Shown here piece after piece: positions 18,794 through 27,362 of a stretch of 64,000 nt of DNA. The position numbers and the translations under genes are program-made. A model generated the notes under the pieces. The model saw only the letters and a list, made by a program, of their open reading frames with translations. It searched no databases and had not been told where the DNA came from. Numbering within the stretch: position 1 is the stretch's first letter; every line of letters starts with the position of its first letter. Source of the stretch: Halobacillus rhizosphaerae (GTDB taxonomy: Bacteria; Bacillota; Bacilli; Bacillales; Halobacillaceae). The DNA lies in assembly GCF_046719735.1 (NCBI RefSeq), contig NZ_JAUTWQ010000003.1, forward strand, positions 30,246-94,245. Direction: 5' to 3'.

Positions 18794-19103
18794 GTATATC
18801 CTTACCTTGTGATTTCAGCCAGTTAAGCATTTCAAGACCGATTGAATCATCTACTAGTAAAGGTTGATTGTTATTTAAAACTTCTTTGGTGAATGTTTGT
18901 GCTAATCGAAGTACAGTAACTTCTGTATATAAAAGCATATCTGCTCTTGTTTGATTACCTACTACAATTGCAAAGTTGTTTTTTAAAGCAATATCAGTTA
19001 AGACAGGAAGGTAGTCATTAACACTAACTTCATTGCCAATTTCAACTAGTTTTCCTTTATTCAATTTTCTTCTTAGAAAAAAATTTTTCATAATAGAAAT
19101 CAC
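18753..19103 (-). CDS. hypothetical protein (possibly N-terminal part of a frameshifted gene; weak phosphoesterase-like GNxx/HNH motifs)
   Basis: 116 aa. Its start overlaps the ligase stop by 4 nt. Confidence 0.3.
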   Translation of the reverse strand: MISIMKNFFLRRKLNKGKLVEIGNEVSVNDYLPVLTDIALKNNFAIVVGNQTRADMLLYTEVTVLRLAQTFTKEVLNNNQPLLVDDSIGLEMLNWLKSQGKDIRGGVYRRNDNNGK

Positions 19104-20407
19104 TCTCCGTAATTTATATCCTCCACAGTCTTGTCGTGACGGATACCTTTAAATGTCGGGAATCGCATAGATGGTAGACCTGTCTTTTCATCTTTACTTT
19201 CTTCAAAGAATTGCACTTCAATGATCTTTCCAACAATAAGGTCTGGGCATTCTATATAATTATGACGATCCTCTAGTGTAAAACCAGAACCCACACCAAC
19301 TAAATTACCTTTGTATTCAACATTTACACGACTCAATAATCCCTCAAATTGACCGTCAATAGCTCTCTCTGCACTCATTACAAGCAAGTCTGCTGTTTTA
19401 AACTCTTTAACTTTTTGAAGATCAACAGTTCTTTTTGCTTGATATAGCCCATCTGCTGAATTAATCATCAGACCTTCAAAACCTTCTGCTGTGACTTTAG
19501 ACATAATGTTAGGGATAATACTTTTATCTTTTCCTTCATATAGAACAGGAAGAGTATAAATATATTCACTTTCTTCTATGATTTGCTCATCAAGTAAGTC
19601 AAGCTGTTTTCTTCGTTTCTCATATGTATTTTTTGAAGTTCCATCTTTAAATTCTGTCAAAGGTAGCATGTCAAACATGTAAAACTCTAAGTTTTTCTTC
19701 TCACCATCTTTACGAACTACCTTTTGTGTAGCTGTAAAAAGTTCTTTGGAAGGAAGATTATCCTCATTCTTTAATAAGATTTCACCATCAAACACCCATC
19801 CATCGGGTAATGCTTCAAAGTGTTCTTCTAAATCAACCATTCCTTCAATCTGCTGACCACTTCTAGTGAAAAATTTTGTTTGACCATCTTCTTTAACTGC
19901 TAGGCAACGGTTTCCATCAAGTTTAAGAGTAACGAAAAATTTGCCTGTAATTTTCTTTTCTTTCTTAGCAAAGGACTCAGCCAACATTACTGAGAAACTT
20001 GGAACAGTGTCTTTACCATATACTTTATTTACAGTCTTACTTGTGATGCCAACTTTTAGTGATTTAGTGACGAATTTTCTTACAAATGTTTTTAGTTCAT
20101 CTGAATCTAAGGAGTTGATAAAGTGTTGGATATTGGCAATATCAAAATCTCTACCACTATTACGTGTTGAAAGATAAGTAATTAATGAATCAAGAGAACC
20201 AATGTCAATTAAAACTTCTTGATTTTTTACTTTTTTATTTATTTTCTTTGTAGAAAGTCCTGTAACTACATATGGATTTAGAAGAAACACAAGGGCTTTG
20301 CGAAAATCCTCATTGCCCTCATGCTGTTTTAAAATTTCTTCTTTTGCCGTTTTAGCTCCATTAGTTTCTAATTGGTGAAAAATTTCATAAACTTCTTGTA
20401 TATTCAT
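19100..20407 (-). CDS. ATP-dependent DNA ligase
   Basis: Motif I KLDGNR (lysine adenylation site), nucleotidyltransferase and OB domains, 435 aa. Confidence 0.85.
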   Translation of the reverse strand: MNIQEVYEIFHQLETNGAKTAKEEILKQHEGNEDFRKALVFLLNPYVVTGLSTKKINKKVKNQEVLIDIGSLDSLITYLSTRNSGRDFDIANIQHFINSLDSDELKTFVRKFVTKSLKVGITSKTVNKVYGKDTVPSFSVMLAESFAKKEKKITGKFFVTLKLDGNRCLAVKEDGQTKFFTRSGQQIEGMVDLEEHFEALPDGWVFDGEILLKNEDNLPSKELFTATQKVVRKDGEKKNLEFYMFDMLPLTEFKDGTSKNTYEKRRKQLDLLDEQIIEESEYIYTLPVLYEGKDKSIIPNIMSKVTAEGFEGLMINSADGLYQAKRTVDLQKVKEFKTADLLVMSAERAIDGQFEGLLSRVNVEYKGNLVGVGSGFTLEDRHNYIECPDLIVGKIIEVQFFEESKDEKTGLPSMRFPTFKGIRHDKTVEDINYGE

Positions 20408-20426
20408 ATTACACCTCTAATTAATA

Positions 20427-20440
20427 ATTATTTGTTGCGG
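20427..20440 (-). promoter_or_regulatory. SPBRE-like element upstream of DNA ligase
   Basis: Minus strand reads CCGCAACAAATAAT, 18 nt before RBS AGAGGTG. Confidence 0.5.
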
Positions 20441-21036
20441 TTTCGAGTGGATTTAATAAGTTCATCTGCCAAACCATATTCAATAGCTTCATGGGGAGTT
20501 AAATACCAGTCAATTTGATATTTAATAGCTTCTTCCATTTTTTCTTTTGGTAGGTTTGTGACACTGAGAAGAAATTCATTCATTCTCGTTCTTAGTGAAA
20601 TTGCTTGTTTTAGATATTCTTCTACTCCTTGAGTTTTTGCATGGATACCAAAAGCAGTATCATGAAACATAAATGTTGCCATTGGATGTGCAAACCTTCT
20701 ATGACCAGAAGCAAAGATATAAAATCCCATGCTCATTGCTTTACCATAGATGTATGTATAAACAGGAGTTTCACTAGAATCAATAACCCCTGCTAAAGCA
20801 ATACCATCGTGACAAACACCACCATAAGAGTTGACAATTACTTTGATTGGTTCTCTTACATAATTTTCGTCTTCTTTTTCTTTTTCGCTGTCAATACGAT
20901 TGATTTCAATAATTTCCATCAGAATGTTTTCAACAGATTGGGCATCTACATCTTTATTTAAGATAAATTCCCTTTTCTTTCTGTTATTTTTATTATTGTT
21001 ATTGTTCTCATTATTGTTTTTGTTTTGTTCTGACAT
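20428..21036 (-). CDS. ClpP-like serine protease with N-terminal Asn/Lys-rich extension
   Basis: ClpP catalytic Ser context GKAMSMGFYI, His in HRRFAHP and Asp downstream. Confidence 0.7.
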   Translation of the reverse strand: MSEQNKNNNENNNNNKNNRKKREFILNKDVDAQSVENILMEIIEINRIDSEKEKEDENYVREPIKVIVNSYGGVCHDGIALAGVIDSSETPVYTYIYGKAMSMGFYIFASGHRRFAHPMATFMFHDTAFGIHAKTQGVEEYLKQAISLRTRMNEFLLSVTNLPKEKMEEAIKYQIDWYLTPHEAIEYGLADELIKSTRNRNK

Positions 21037-21062
21037 AGTGAATCTACCTCTCTTTATGTATT

Positions 21063-22088
21063 TTAATGTGCTAAAGTGTCTGCTTCTCTTAAAAACTCAA
21101 GACGTTTGAAATGATCTTCCCCAACATGATTTTTTAATTTGTCTGGATTTGCTTTATCATCCAGTAAAAACATATGAAACTGAATAAGCAATGAAACTGT
21201 ATGTATAAATGATTCATCAAAACCTAACCGTTTAAGTATCCTTATAGCAATTTGTGAACCAACATGTTCATGTCCAATGAAATTCGCATATCTTACTTCT
21301 TCACCTTTTCGATTAATAAAGCTTTTACAAAGATGTTTTCCGAGATCATGAAGAAGTGCAGTCCATAGCATGATTTCTCTTTCTCTTTCGTTTTCTGCAT
21401 TATAGTTGTCTAAAACATGTTTATAAACATAATATGTGTGTCTACTTACTGAGAATGAATGGTATTTAGAATCTTGTGCTAAATCCATCACCTTACTAAA
21501 TTCATTGAAATATGTAGAAAGAAAATTCATGAGGTCATATCCTTCTCTACCAAGTGAAACACCTAGTCTAACTGCATCAGAAAACTGTTTCGGAAACTCA
21601 TTATTCAAAGTTTCATCATCATATTCGAATATAATCTTATTCCAACCTTCACTATAAATAGGTATTTGGAGATTCTTATACATTCTTTCTATTGCACCAA
21701 ATGGTACAACACGTTCCCTTTGAAGATTTTGAGATTGTGCAATTTCTAGATTAGAAGTCAAATATACAATAGTCTTGAATGAGTTTTTTGGCAGTTGTCG
21801 AAGCAAGTGCGAACGTTTTTTACGACTAATATTGGTAGCATCATAAATTACGAACTTTCCTTTCTTCATTGCTTCTAATGTTCGCTTTCTCATTTCTTCA
21901 AACACAACTGCATTATTTTCTTGACTTGATTCATCACCAAATAATTCAAGTCTTATAGCATCAGATGAAAGATATGCTATTTCCACATCTACATCTTCAA
22001 CTTTAGTGGCTGAAATTAAAGCTTCTGCAAATGTAGACTTGCCACTCCCGGCAAGCCCACAAAGCATAAGAAATTTTGGTTGATCCAT
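21063..22088 (-). CDS. bifunctional polynucleotide 5'-kinase (N-terminal, T4 Pnk-like) fused to C-terminal HD phosphohydrolase: RNA/DNA end-healing enzyme
   Basis: Walker A GLAGSGKST and IYDATNISRKKR match the T4 Pnk kinase domain. The C-terminal half has the HD motif LLHDLGKH plus downstream His residues. Confidence 0.7.
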   Translation of the reverse strand: MDQPKFLMLCGLAGSGKSTFAEALISATKVEDVDVEIAYLSSDAIRLELFGDESSQENNAVVFEEMRKRTLEAMKKGKFVIYDATNISRKKRSHLLRQLPKNSFKTIVYLTSNLEIAQSQNLQRERVVPFGAIERMYKNLQIPIYSEGWNKIIFEYDDETLNNEFPKQFSDAVRLGVSLGREGYDLMNFLSTYFNEFSKVMDLAQDSKYHSFSVSRHTYYVYKHVLDNYNAENEREREIMLWTALLHDLGKHLCKSFINRKGEEVRYANFIGHEHVGSQIAIRILKRLGFDESFIHTVSLLIQFHMFLLDDKANPDKLKNHVGEDHFKRLEFLREADTLAH

Positions 22089-22106
22089 GTTACACCTCTT
22101 TATGTT

Positions 22107-22126
22107 ATTATTTGTTGCACTTATAG
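22107..22126 (-). promoter_or_regulatory. SPBRE-like element upstream of Pnk-HD gene
   Basis: Minus strand reads CTATAAGTGCAACAAATAAT. Confidence 0.5.
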
Positions 22127-23380
22127 TGATTCAGATTCTTCCATGTCTAATACATCATCAGCTTTTATAATTGACTCTAAAACTTTAAAGTGGAAGTTTT
22201 TATGCTTGTAAGCTGTGAATTTTTCCTTGTTGTCAACTCTAACAATAATTCCTTCACGAATATGTGTTTTTCCAATTGGATCAGCACCATCTTCATACTT
22301 TTTAACTCTGGTCATTAAGTCTTCAACAGTGGTAAATTCGAATTTATCAAACTCTGGGCAATATTTAACTCCCATTTGTTCACAGCGCATTTTAACTAAG
22401 TGCCAAGGGTATTCTACTGTATGACCATCTTCATTTGTCATAGTCATACGATAGACATAAATATCACTCTTACCATTCTCACAACCATATGTATATTGAG
22501 TCTTTTCACCAAATTGCTTAATGAAGCTTTTGTCTTTGGTTTTACTATTGTTGCATTCTGGCATAATGAATTGATTTTCACCAGTGTATCCTACAACCTC
22601 ATAGTATACGCTTTCACCTTTTTGAAGTTTGTTATCGAAGAAATCATGCCATTGTTGTCGGAAACCATTTCCACCATAATATCCACCTTCAAAATTTTTT
22701 AATGTAACATTCCTTGTTCCAGTTACATGTTCCCAATCTTTGTGGTTGATATTGAATCTCTTCAATAGTTTATTTAAGAAAGATGTTTTCTTTTTAATTG
22801 CATAAGATGTTCGTTGAGAAGTACCATGCATTTTTAAAGTAATGTAACATAAGTCACCTTCTTTAAAACTATTGGTATTGTATGCTAATTGTGCTGTATC
22901 AAGGTGTTTTTCAAAGTAAGGAAATGATTCTTTATCTTTAACTTTCTTCTTAGGTTGATTCGGCATATCTTTCTTTTCTTTGCCTTTAGGGATGTATTTT
23001 TCACAGATGACAGTTCCATTTAATACAGTGACAGAATCTCCTTCTTTGAGTGAAGAAGTTTTGCAGAATCGAGATAAACTTTCTATTGGCATAAATAAAC
23101 CATCAGATTTTTCACCTCTAAGTTTAATTGTCGTAATGTGACGTTTGTTTGGATCAAGATAACCACCAGAATTACTTCCACTAATACGAAGCAAGTTGTT
23201 TTCCTTTGCGTATTCTAAACCTAACTTTCCATCTGTAGGGAAATAAACACCTAAGTCTCCAACTTTTACATCTAAACCAACAATTACATCATTACCAAAT
23301 AAAGTTGCAACTTGTAACCTGTCTGCATTTGAATGTTTTCTTAATTCTTTGACACTAGTTATGTATGCTTGATAAGCCAA
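22121..23380 (-). CDS. ATP-dependent RNA ligase with N-terminal tRNA-binding OB domain (DraRnl/Rnl5-like)
   Basis: N-terminal KHSNADRLQVATL...GDLGVYFPTDG resembles the Trbp111/CsaA tRNA-binding fold. Ligase motif I is KMHGTS; motif IV is EGIIVR; motif V is K-x-K. TTG start with RBS AAGGGGA. Confidence 0.6.
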   Translation of the reverse strand: MAYQAYITSVKELRKHSNADRLQVATLFGNDVIVGLDVKVGDLGVYFPTDGKLGLEYAKENNLLRISGSNSGGYLDPNKRHITTIKLRGEKSDGLFMPIESLSRFCKTSSLKEGDSVTVLNGTVICEKYIPKGKEKKDMPNQPKKKVKDKESFPYFEKHLDTAQLAYNTNSFKEGDLCYITLKMHGTSQRTSYAIKKKTSFLNKLLKRFNINHKDWEHVTGTRNVTLKNFEGGYYGGNGFRQQWHDFFDNKLQKGESVYYEVVGYTGENQFIMPECNNSKTKDKSFIKQFGEKTQYTYGCENGKSDIYVYRMTMTNEDGHTVEYPWHLVKMRCEQMGVKYCPEFDKFEFTTVEDLMTRVKKYEDGADPIGKTHIREGIIVRVDNKEKFTAYKHKNFHFKVLESIIKADDVLDMEESESL

Positions 23381-23401
23381 TTTACTATCCCCTTAATGTT
23401 T

Positions 23402-23430
23402 ATTTTACAATTATTTGTTGTATCTGTCAA
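23402..23430 (-). promoter_or_regulatory. SPBRE-like promoter TTGACA-N17-TAAAAT upstream of RNA ligase
   Basis: Minus strand reads TTGACAGATACAACAAATAATTGTAAAAT. Confidence 0.6.
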
Positions 23431-24266
23431 TCAATAATTTTAGTGAGATCAAACATCCCACTATCTGTCTTGCTTAATTCAATAAATTTCTTAATGTCTA
23501 TTGGACTTAACTCTATTCCTTGTTTTCTGTAATAGGATATCAGCAAAGCAATTTGCCCTGCCACAAATGGTGAAGCCATTGAAGTTCCAGACATAATTGC
23601 ATAATTGTTATCTTTATAGGTACTTATAATATTAGTCGAAGGTGCAAGTACATCTAACCCTTCACCATGATTGGTAAAGTTCGTTCTTCGCATATCTTCT
23701 CCTACCCCACCAACTCCTATCACTTCTTTTAAGTGTGCAGGATATTCGACTTCATTGATTCCAGAGTTTCCAGTGGCACAAACAATTGTGATTCCTTTTT
23801 CATAAGCTCTCATTATTCTCTCTAAGAGAATATTTGGTAAGCCTTTTCTAATGCCTAAACTCATGCAAAGAACATCAATCTTGAAATTAATTGCAAAGGT
23901 AATTCCATCTAAAATGCTTGCCATACTGCCGTTTCCGTTATCATCTAATACTTTAGCTACATATAACTCTGCTTCTGGGGCAATGCCTGTTTTTTCACCA
24001 ACAAGTAAACCTGCTACATGTGATCCATGACCATACAAATCAGAAACATCTTTTGTTTTGGTGAACATATTTATACCTAATTTGAAAGATTTTAAATCTG
24101 GATGACTCTCATCTATTCCAGTATCTATAGTGGCAATCTTTACACCTTCACCTTTTGTTTTATTCCAAACTTGAGGAATGTTTAGTGCTTCTATACCCCA
24201 ACTATATGTAAAATCTTCTTCTAGTTCATTTAAAATTATCTTACTATGTAGTTCATTATTTATCAT
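23427..24266 (-). CDS. subtilisin-like serine peptidase (S8 family)
   Basis: Catalytic triad motifs DTGID, HGSHVAG and GTSMASP. Confidence 0.8.
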   Translation of the reverse strand: MINNELHSKIILNELEEDFTYSWGIEALNIPQVWNKTKGEGVKIATIDTGIDESHPDLKSFKLGINMFTKTKDVSDLYGHGSHVAGLLVGEKTGIAPEAELYVAKVLDDNGNGSMASILDGITFAINFKIDVLCMSLGIRKGLPNILLERIMRAYEKGITIVCATGNSGINEVEYPAHLKEVIGVGGVGEDMRRTNFTNHGEGLDVLAPSTNIISTYKDNNYAIMSGTSMASPFVAGQIALLISYYRKQGIELSPIDIKKFIELSKTDSGMFDLTKIID

Positions 24267-24278
24267 TATTGTGTTCTC

Positions 24279-24704
24279 CTATGGTATTGTAGGCATTAAA
24301 ACTTTCACCATTTGACCGAATGTTAGCAAACCTGCAACAACTGTAGGTACAAAGTCAGTTGGACTTAATACATCATCAAATGATTTCTTTTCTTCTTCAA
24401 TTGATTTTGGCTCAGTCATTGGTACTTCTGAAAATTTAGGTACACTATCTTGAACCTGTTTGATTTGTTGTATTTGATCCTGTTGCTTCATCACAATCTC
24501 TGACAATTTAGCATTTACAGATTCTATATTTTTAATATGACTGCTTTGAGTTTGATTGTACTTAGCAATTGCTGTTATTTTTCCATTTAGTCCATTTAAA
24601 TAGCTGAACAATAATAGAATTAATACCGCTATAATTAATCGCTTCAAATTTTTGTTGAATTTGTTTTGTGTTTTTTTATTAGAATATTTCTTCATATCCT
24701 TCAT
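24279..24704 (-). CDS. membrane-anchored coiled-coil protein
   Basis: N-terminal TM helix, Gln-rich coiled coil and C-terminal TM. Confidence 0.3.
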   Translation of the reverse strand: MKDMKKYSNKKTQNKFNKNLKRLIIAVLILLLFSYLNGLNGKITAIAKYNQTQSSHIKNIESVNAKLSEIVMKQQDQIQQIKQVQDSVPKFSEVPMTEPKSIEEEKKSFDDVLSPTDFVPTVVAGLLTFGQMVKVLMPTIP

Positions 24705-24936
24705 CTCCTATGTTTTTACAAATCCATTTAGTCAATTCTCCAATATCATGAGAGAAATGGAAATGTGTTCTGGTATCCAATAGTTGATATTGGTCATAGA
24801 ATTTGTGTTCTAAAATCTCTTCTTCATATTCTTCAATTGTATTAAAAGAGAAGAGATAGTCATTAAGACCTCCATTTGGCTCTTCATTAAAGGCAAAAAG
24901 CCAATACCTTCCCTTTTTACTTTTCATTAAATTCAC
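24679..24936 (-). CDS. hypothetical protein
   Basis: 85 aa ORF in an operon context. Confidence 0.3.
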   Translation of the reverse strand: MNLMKSKKGRYWLFAFNEEPNGGLNDYLFSFNTIEEYEEEILEHKFYDQYQLLDTRTHFHFSHDIGELTKWICKNIGDEGYEEIF

Positions 24937-25520
24937 TCCAACGGTGCTAAGAACTTTAAATAACTCTTCAAACTATTATATAGTGGTTTGAATTTATCCT
25001 TATAATCTTGCCAATCTGTTGAATCCATATCCATGATTTCCTTGTAATATCCATTTGCTCTAGAGTAATTAACGATTTTATTGTATTTGGCAATTTGTAT
25101 ACCAAATTCTAAGATTCTCAATGAATGAAATAGACTTTTTTTAGCAATGTAGATTTCACCATCTTTTAGTTTTTTTCCACACTTTCCAAAACTAACTGAT
25201 GCTGTGGATGATATTGACCTTCGTAGAGTTTCTTTATTCCTTTTAAAGAATACTAAATACGGATCATTTTCACTTTGAAAAATACATTCTAAAGCACTTA
25301 TGTAGTGTTCTTCGATTCGTCTTATGAATGCAGGTTCACTTAAAACTTTGAAATTACCCTCATCATTGTCTACGCTATATTCATAATCAGAATCGGCATC
25401 TACTACAACAATATAATCAAAATCAGAATCTTTAGTGGCAGTTCTATAAATTCGAGAGCCATAGAGGTATTTCTTTAAAATTGGCTCGCTTATGCTCTCT
25501 CTTACTTCATATTCCTCCAT
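24933..25520 (-). CDS. pol-beta superfamily nucleotidyltransferase (NTase 1)
   Basis: GS-x9-DxD signature YGSRIYRTATKDSDFDYIVV. Paralogous to the ORF at 37003..37752. Confidence 0.5.
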   Translation of the reverse strand: MEEYEVRESISEPILKKYLYGSRIYRTATKDSDFDYIVVVDADSDYEYSVDNDEGNFKVLSEPAFIRRIEEHYISALECIFQSENDPYLVFFKRNKETLRRSISSTASVSFGKCGKKLKDGEIYIAKKSLFHSLRILEFGIQIAKYNKIVNYSRANGYYKEIMDMDSTDWQDYKDKFKPLYNSLKSYLKFLAPLE

Positions 25521-25562
25521 TTTACTCCCCCATCATTTTGATAAAAGACTGATTTTATACAA

Positions 25563-26126
25563 TTACTGATTCTGTTCAATAATTGAGTGTATAATTTTTA
25601 TTGTTTCATTTTCTTTATCTCGAATGTTCTTTACGACATAATCATAATCGGTTCTGTTTTTCATTTCTTCTTCATATGTAGAAATTCTTGATAAAGCATC
25701 GTCAATCGTATCTCCACGAAGCAACATATTAGCCAAGCAATCCTTTTTATCCATGTGTAAGAAAATTCCAATGGAATCTGGAAAAGCATTACTAACCTGT
25801 TTGTAGCCATCATAGTTGACGATAATATAAACGTTATAATTTTGACTAAGAACTCGCTTGATTTCTTTTTTTGTAATACCATATAATTTACCATCATATA
25901 CAACACTTTCAGCAAATTCATCATTCTCTCTCATTTTGTCGAAAGTAGCTTCATCAACGTAATAATATGTTACACCATCAGTTTCATTTTCACGAATTTT
26001 TCTAGTTGTATGTGAAATACATTCTCCAATAAATTTAGTTACTTTTGCATTGTAATTTCGCTTTAGCAAATTCATTAAATAAGTTTTCCCAGAACCAGAA
26101 GGTGCTGTGATCAAAACAATTCCCAT
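25563..26126 (-). CDS. guanylate kinase-like nucleoside monophosphate kinase
   Basis: P-loop APSGSGKT and the guanylate-kinase motif SHTTRKIRENETDGVTYYYV. Confidence 0.7.
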   Translation of the reverse strand: MGIVLITAPSGSGKTYLMNLLKRNYNAKVTKFIGECISHTTRKIRENETDGVTYYYVDEATFDKMRENDEFAESVVYDGKLYGITKKEIKRVLSQNYNVYIIVNYDGYKQVSNAFPDSIGIFLHMDKKDCLANMLLRGDTIDDALSRISTYEEEMKNRTDYDYVVKNIRDKENETIKIIHSIIEQNQ

Positions 26127-26145
26127 AAAGATAACTCCTTTATAA

Positions 26146-26166
26146 TTATTTGTTGTACTTAACGGT
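26146..26166 (-). promoter_or_regulatory. SPBRE-like element upstream of guanylate kinase
   Basis: Minus strand reads CCGTTAAGTACAACAAATAAT. Confidence 0.5.
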
Positions 26167-26446
26167 TTTTCTTACGAGATTTCTTAGCAATCTTACTACG
26201 CTTTTTAGCTTTTTCTTTTTGGTTTTTAGGTTTTGGTTGTTTGAATTTTTTACTTGCTTTAGAGAATTTATTAAAGTTTGCTATCGCATCTCTTACTTCT
26301 TCCTCAGACATATTTTCTTCTTCTGCAACTTCACGAATAATTTCCTCTAAGGATTTCTCTTCAACATCTTCCATACCTTCAATTGTATAGTCTTTCTTCA
26401 AATCCTCTTCACTTGGCATTAGTTCTTTAAATTCTGGTTTTTGCAT
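26159..26446 (-). CDS. small Lys-rich acidic/basic protein (start corrected to ATG 26446)
   Basis: The track start TTG 26497 lies inside the TTGACA -35 hexamer. The ATG at 26446 has RBS AAAGGATG. Confidence 0.35.
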   Translation of the reverse strand: MQKPEFKELMPSEEDLKKDYTIEGMEDVEEKSLEEIIREVAEEENMSEEEVRDAIANFNKFSKASKKFKQPKPKNQKEKAKKRSKIAKKSRKKNR

Positions 26447-26469
26447 ACATTTCATCCTTTCTAAATGTA

Positions 26470-26498
26470 GATTAACATTATTTGTTGCACTTGTCAAT
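26470..26498 (-). promoter_or_regulatory. SPBRE-like promoter TTGACA-N17-TAATCT
   Basis: Minus strand reads TTGACAAGTGCAACAAATAATGTTAATCT. Confidence 0.55.
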
Positions 26499-26535
26499 GG
26501 GTAAAAAAAGAGAAGAGGATTATCCTCTTCAATTT

Positions 26536-27258
26536 TTATTTACCAGTTGAACCCCATCCACCAGTACCACGTGTACTTGGTTTGCTTAACAATTTATCAT
26601 AATCAACATGCACATCTTCTGCTTGAGATTGTGGGAAAATCACTGCCTGTGCTATTGCTTTTTTATATGGTACAAAGTATGTATTCGTTTTTTCATCAAA
26701 ATATTTTTCATCAACATCACTTGAAATTACAATGTCTGCAACTAATGGTACAACTTGAAGGATAACTTCTCCTTGGTATGTAGAGTCAATTAAACCACTT
26801 ACAATGATTAATCCTGTACTTCCTATAGAAGATCGTTCATGTTTTAGAGATAGTACATCTTCAATATCTAAGTATGAAGCAAACCCTAGAGGAATTCTAG
26901 CTAATGTGAATTGCGGTATGCGTAACTCATATACTTGTTTACCATCAATAACTTGTGGTTCAAGCCTTGCATAACAATCTCTTCCACCATTTTCTTTCTT
27001 TTTTGTGGGAATAACTCCACCATTTACAGAAGCTAAGTATGTAGTTTTCTCATTTTTGACTAATTTTTTCTTAGCCTCAAATTTTAGCTTATCAATTGCC
27101 CAGAGGTCTAGTTCTTTTTCATTTCCGTCATTGAAGATAACAGTGGCTTTGTGAGTTTCTTTGTTAATTGATTTTACGATTGCTGATGTTTTATCTTCTC
27201 TAACCCAAACTACTTCGTCTTGCTTATAATATCTTTTTTTCTTTTGTTTTTTATCCAT
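26536..27258 (-). CDS. dut: dUTPase (trimeric type) with N-terminal extension
   Basis: Motif 3 LSLKHERSSIGSTGL, GLIDSTYQGE and the C-terminal RGTGGWGSTG motif 5. Confidence 0.8.
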   Translation of the reverse strand: MDKKQKKKRYYKQDEVVWVREDKTSAIVKSINKETHKATVIFNDGNEKELDLWAIDKLKFEAKKKLVKNEKTTYLASVNGGVIPTKKKENGGRDCYARLEPQVIDGKQVYELRIPQFTLARIPLGFASYLDIEDVLSLKHERSSIGSTGLIIVSGLIDSTYQGEVILQVVPLVADIVISSDVDEKYFDEKTNTYFVPYKKAIAQAVIFPQSQAEDVHVDYDKLLSKPSTRGTGGWGSTGK

Positions 27259-27324
27259 GTTATGTGTGATCTCCTTAAGTTCTAATTGAAAAGGTGGAAT
27301 GAATCCACCTTTATTAACGTATTT

Positions 27325-27353
27325 ATTATACCATTATTTGTTGCTCTTGTCTA
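27325..27353 (-). promoter_or_regulatory. SPBRE-like promoter TAGACA-N17-TATAAT upstream of dUTPase
   Basis: Minus strand reads TAGACAAGAGCAACAAATAATGGTATAAT. Confidence 0.6.
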
Positions 27354-27362
27354 ATTTAGATG

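Noticed and set aside
20428-21036. ClpP-like protein as prohead maturation protease
   Set aside because: No portal, scaffold or capsid genes adjacent. It sits inside the DNA/RNA enzyme operon, so a scaffold-processing role is unlikely, though it cannot be excluded without the rest of the prophage.
19941-22702. Plus-strand ORFs 19941..20177, 20900..21109, 21436..21657, 22215..22424 and 22400..22702
   Set aside because: All antisense to strongly supported minus-strand enzymes (ligase, ClpP, Pnk-HD, RNA ligase).
25661-25924. Minus-strand ORF 25661..25924 inside the guanylate kinase gene
   Set aside because: Alternative frame of a conserved kinase gene.
26447-26497. Track start codon TTG 26497 for ORF 26159..26497
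   Set aside because: The TTG is the first three bases of the TTGACA -35 hexamer. ATG 26446 with RBS is the realistic start.
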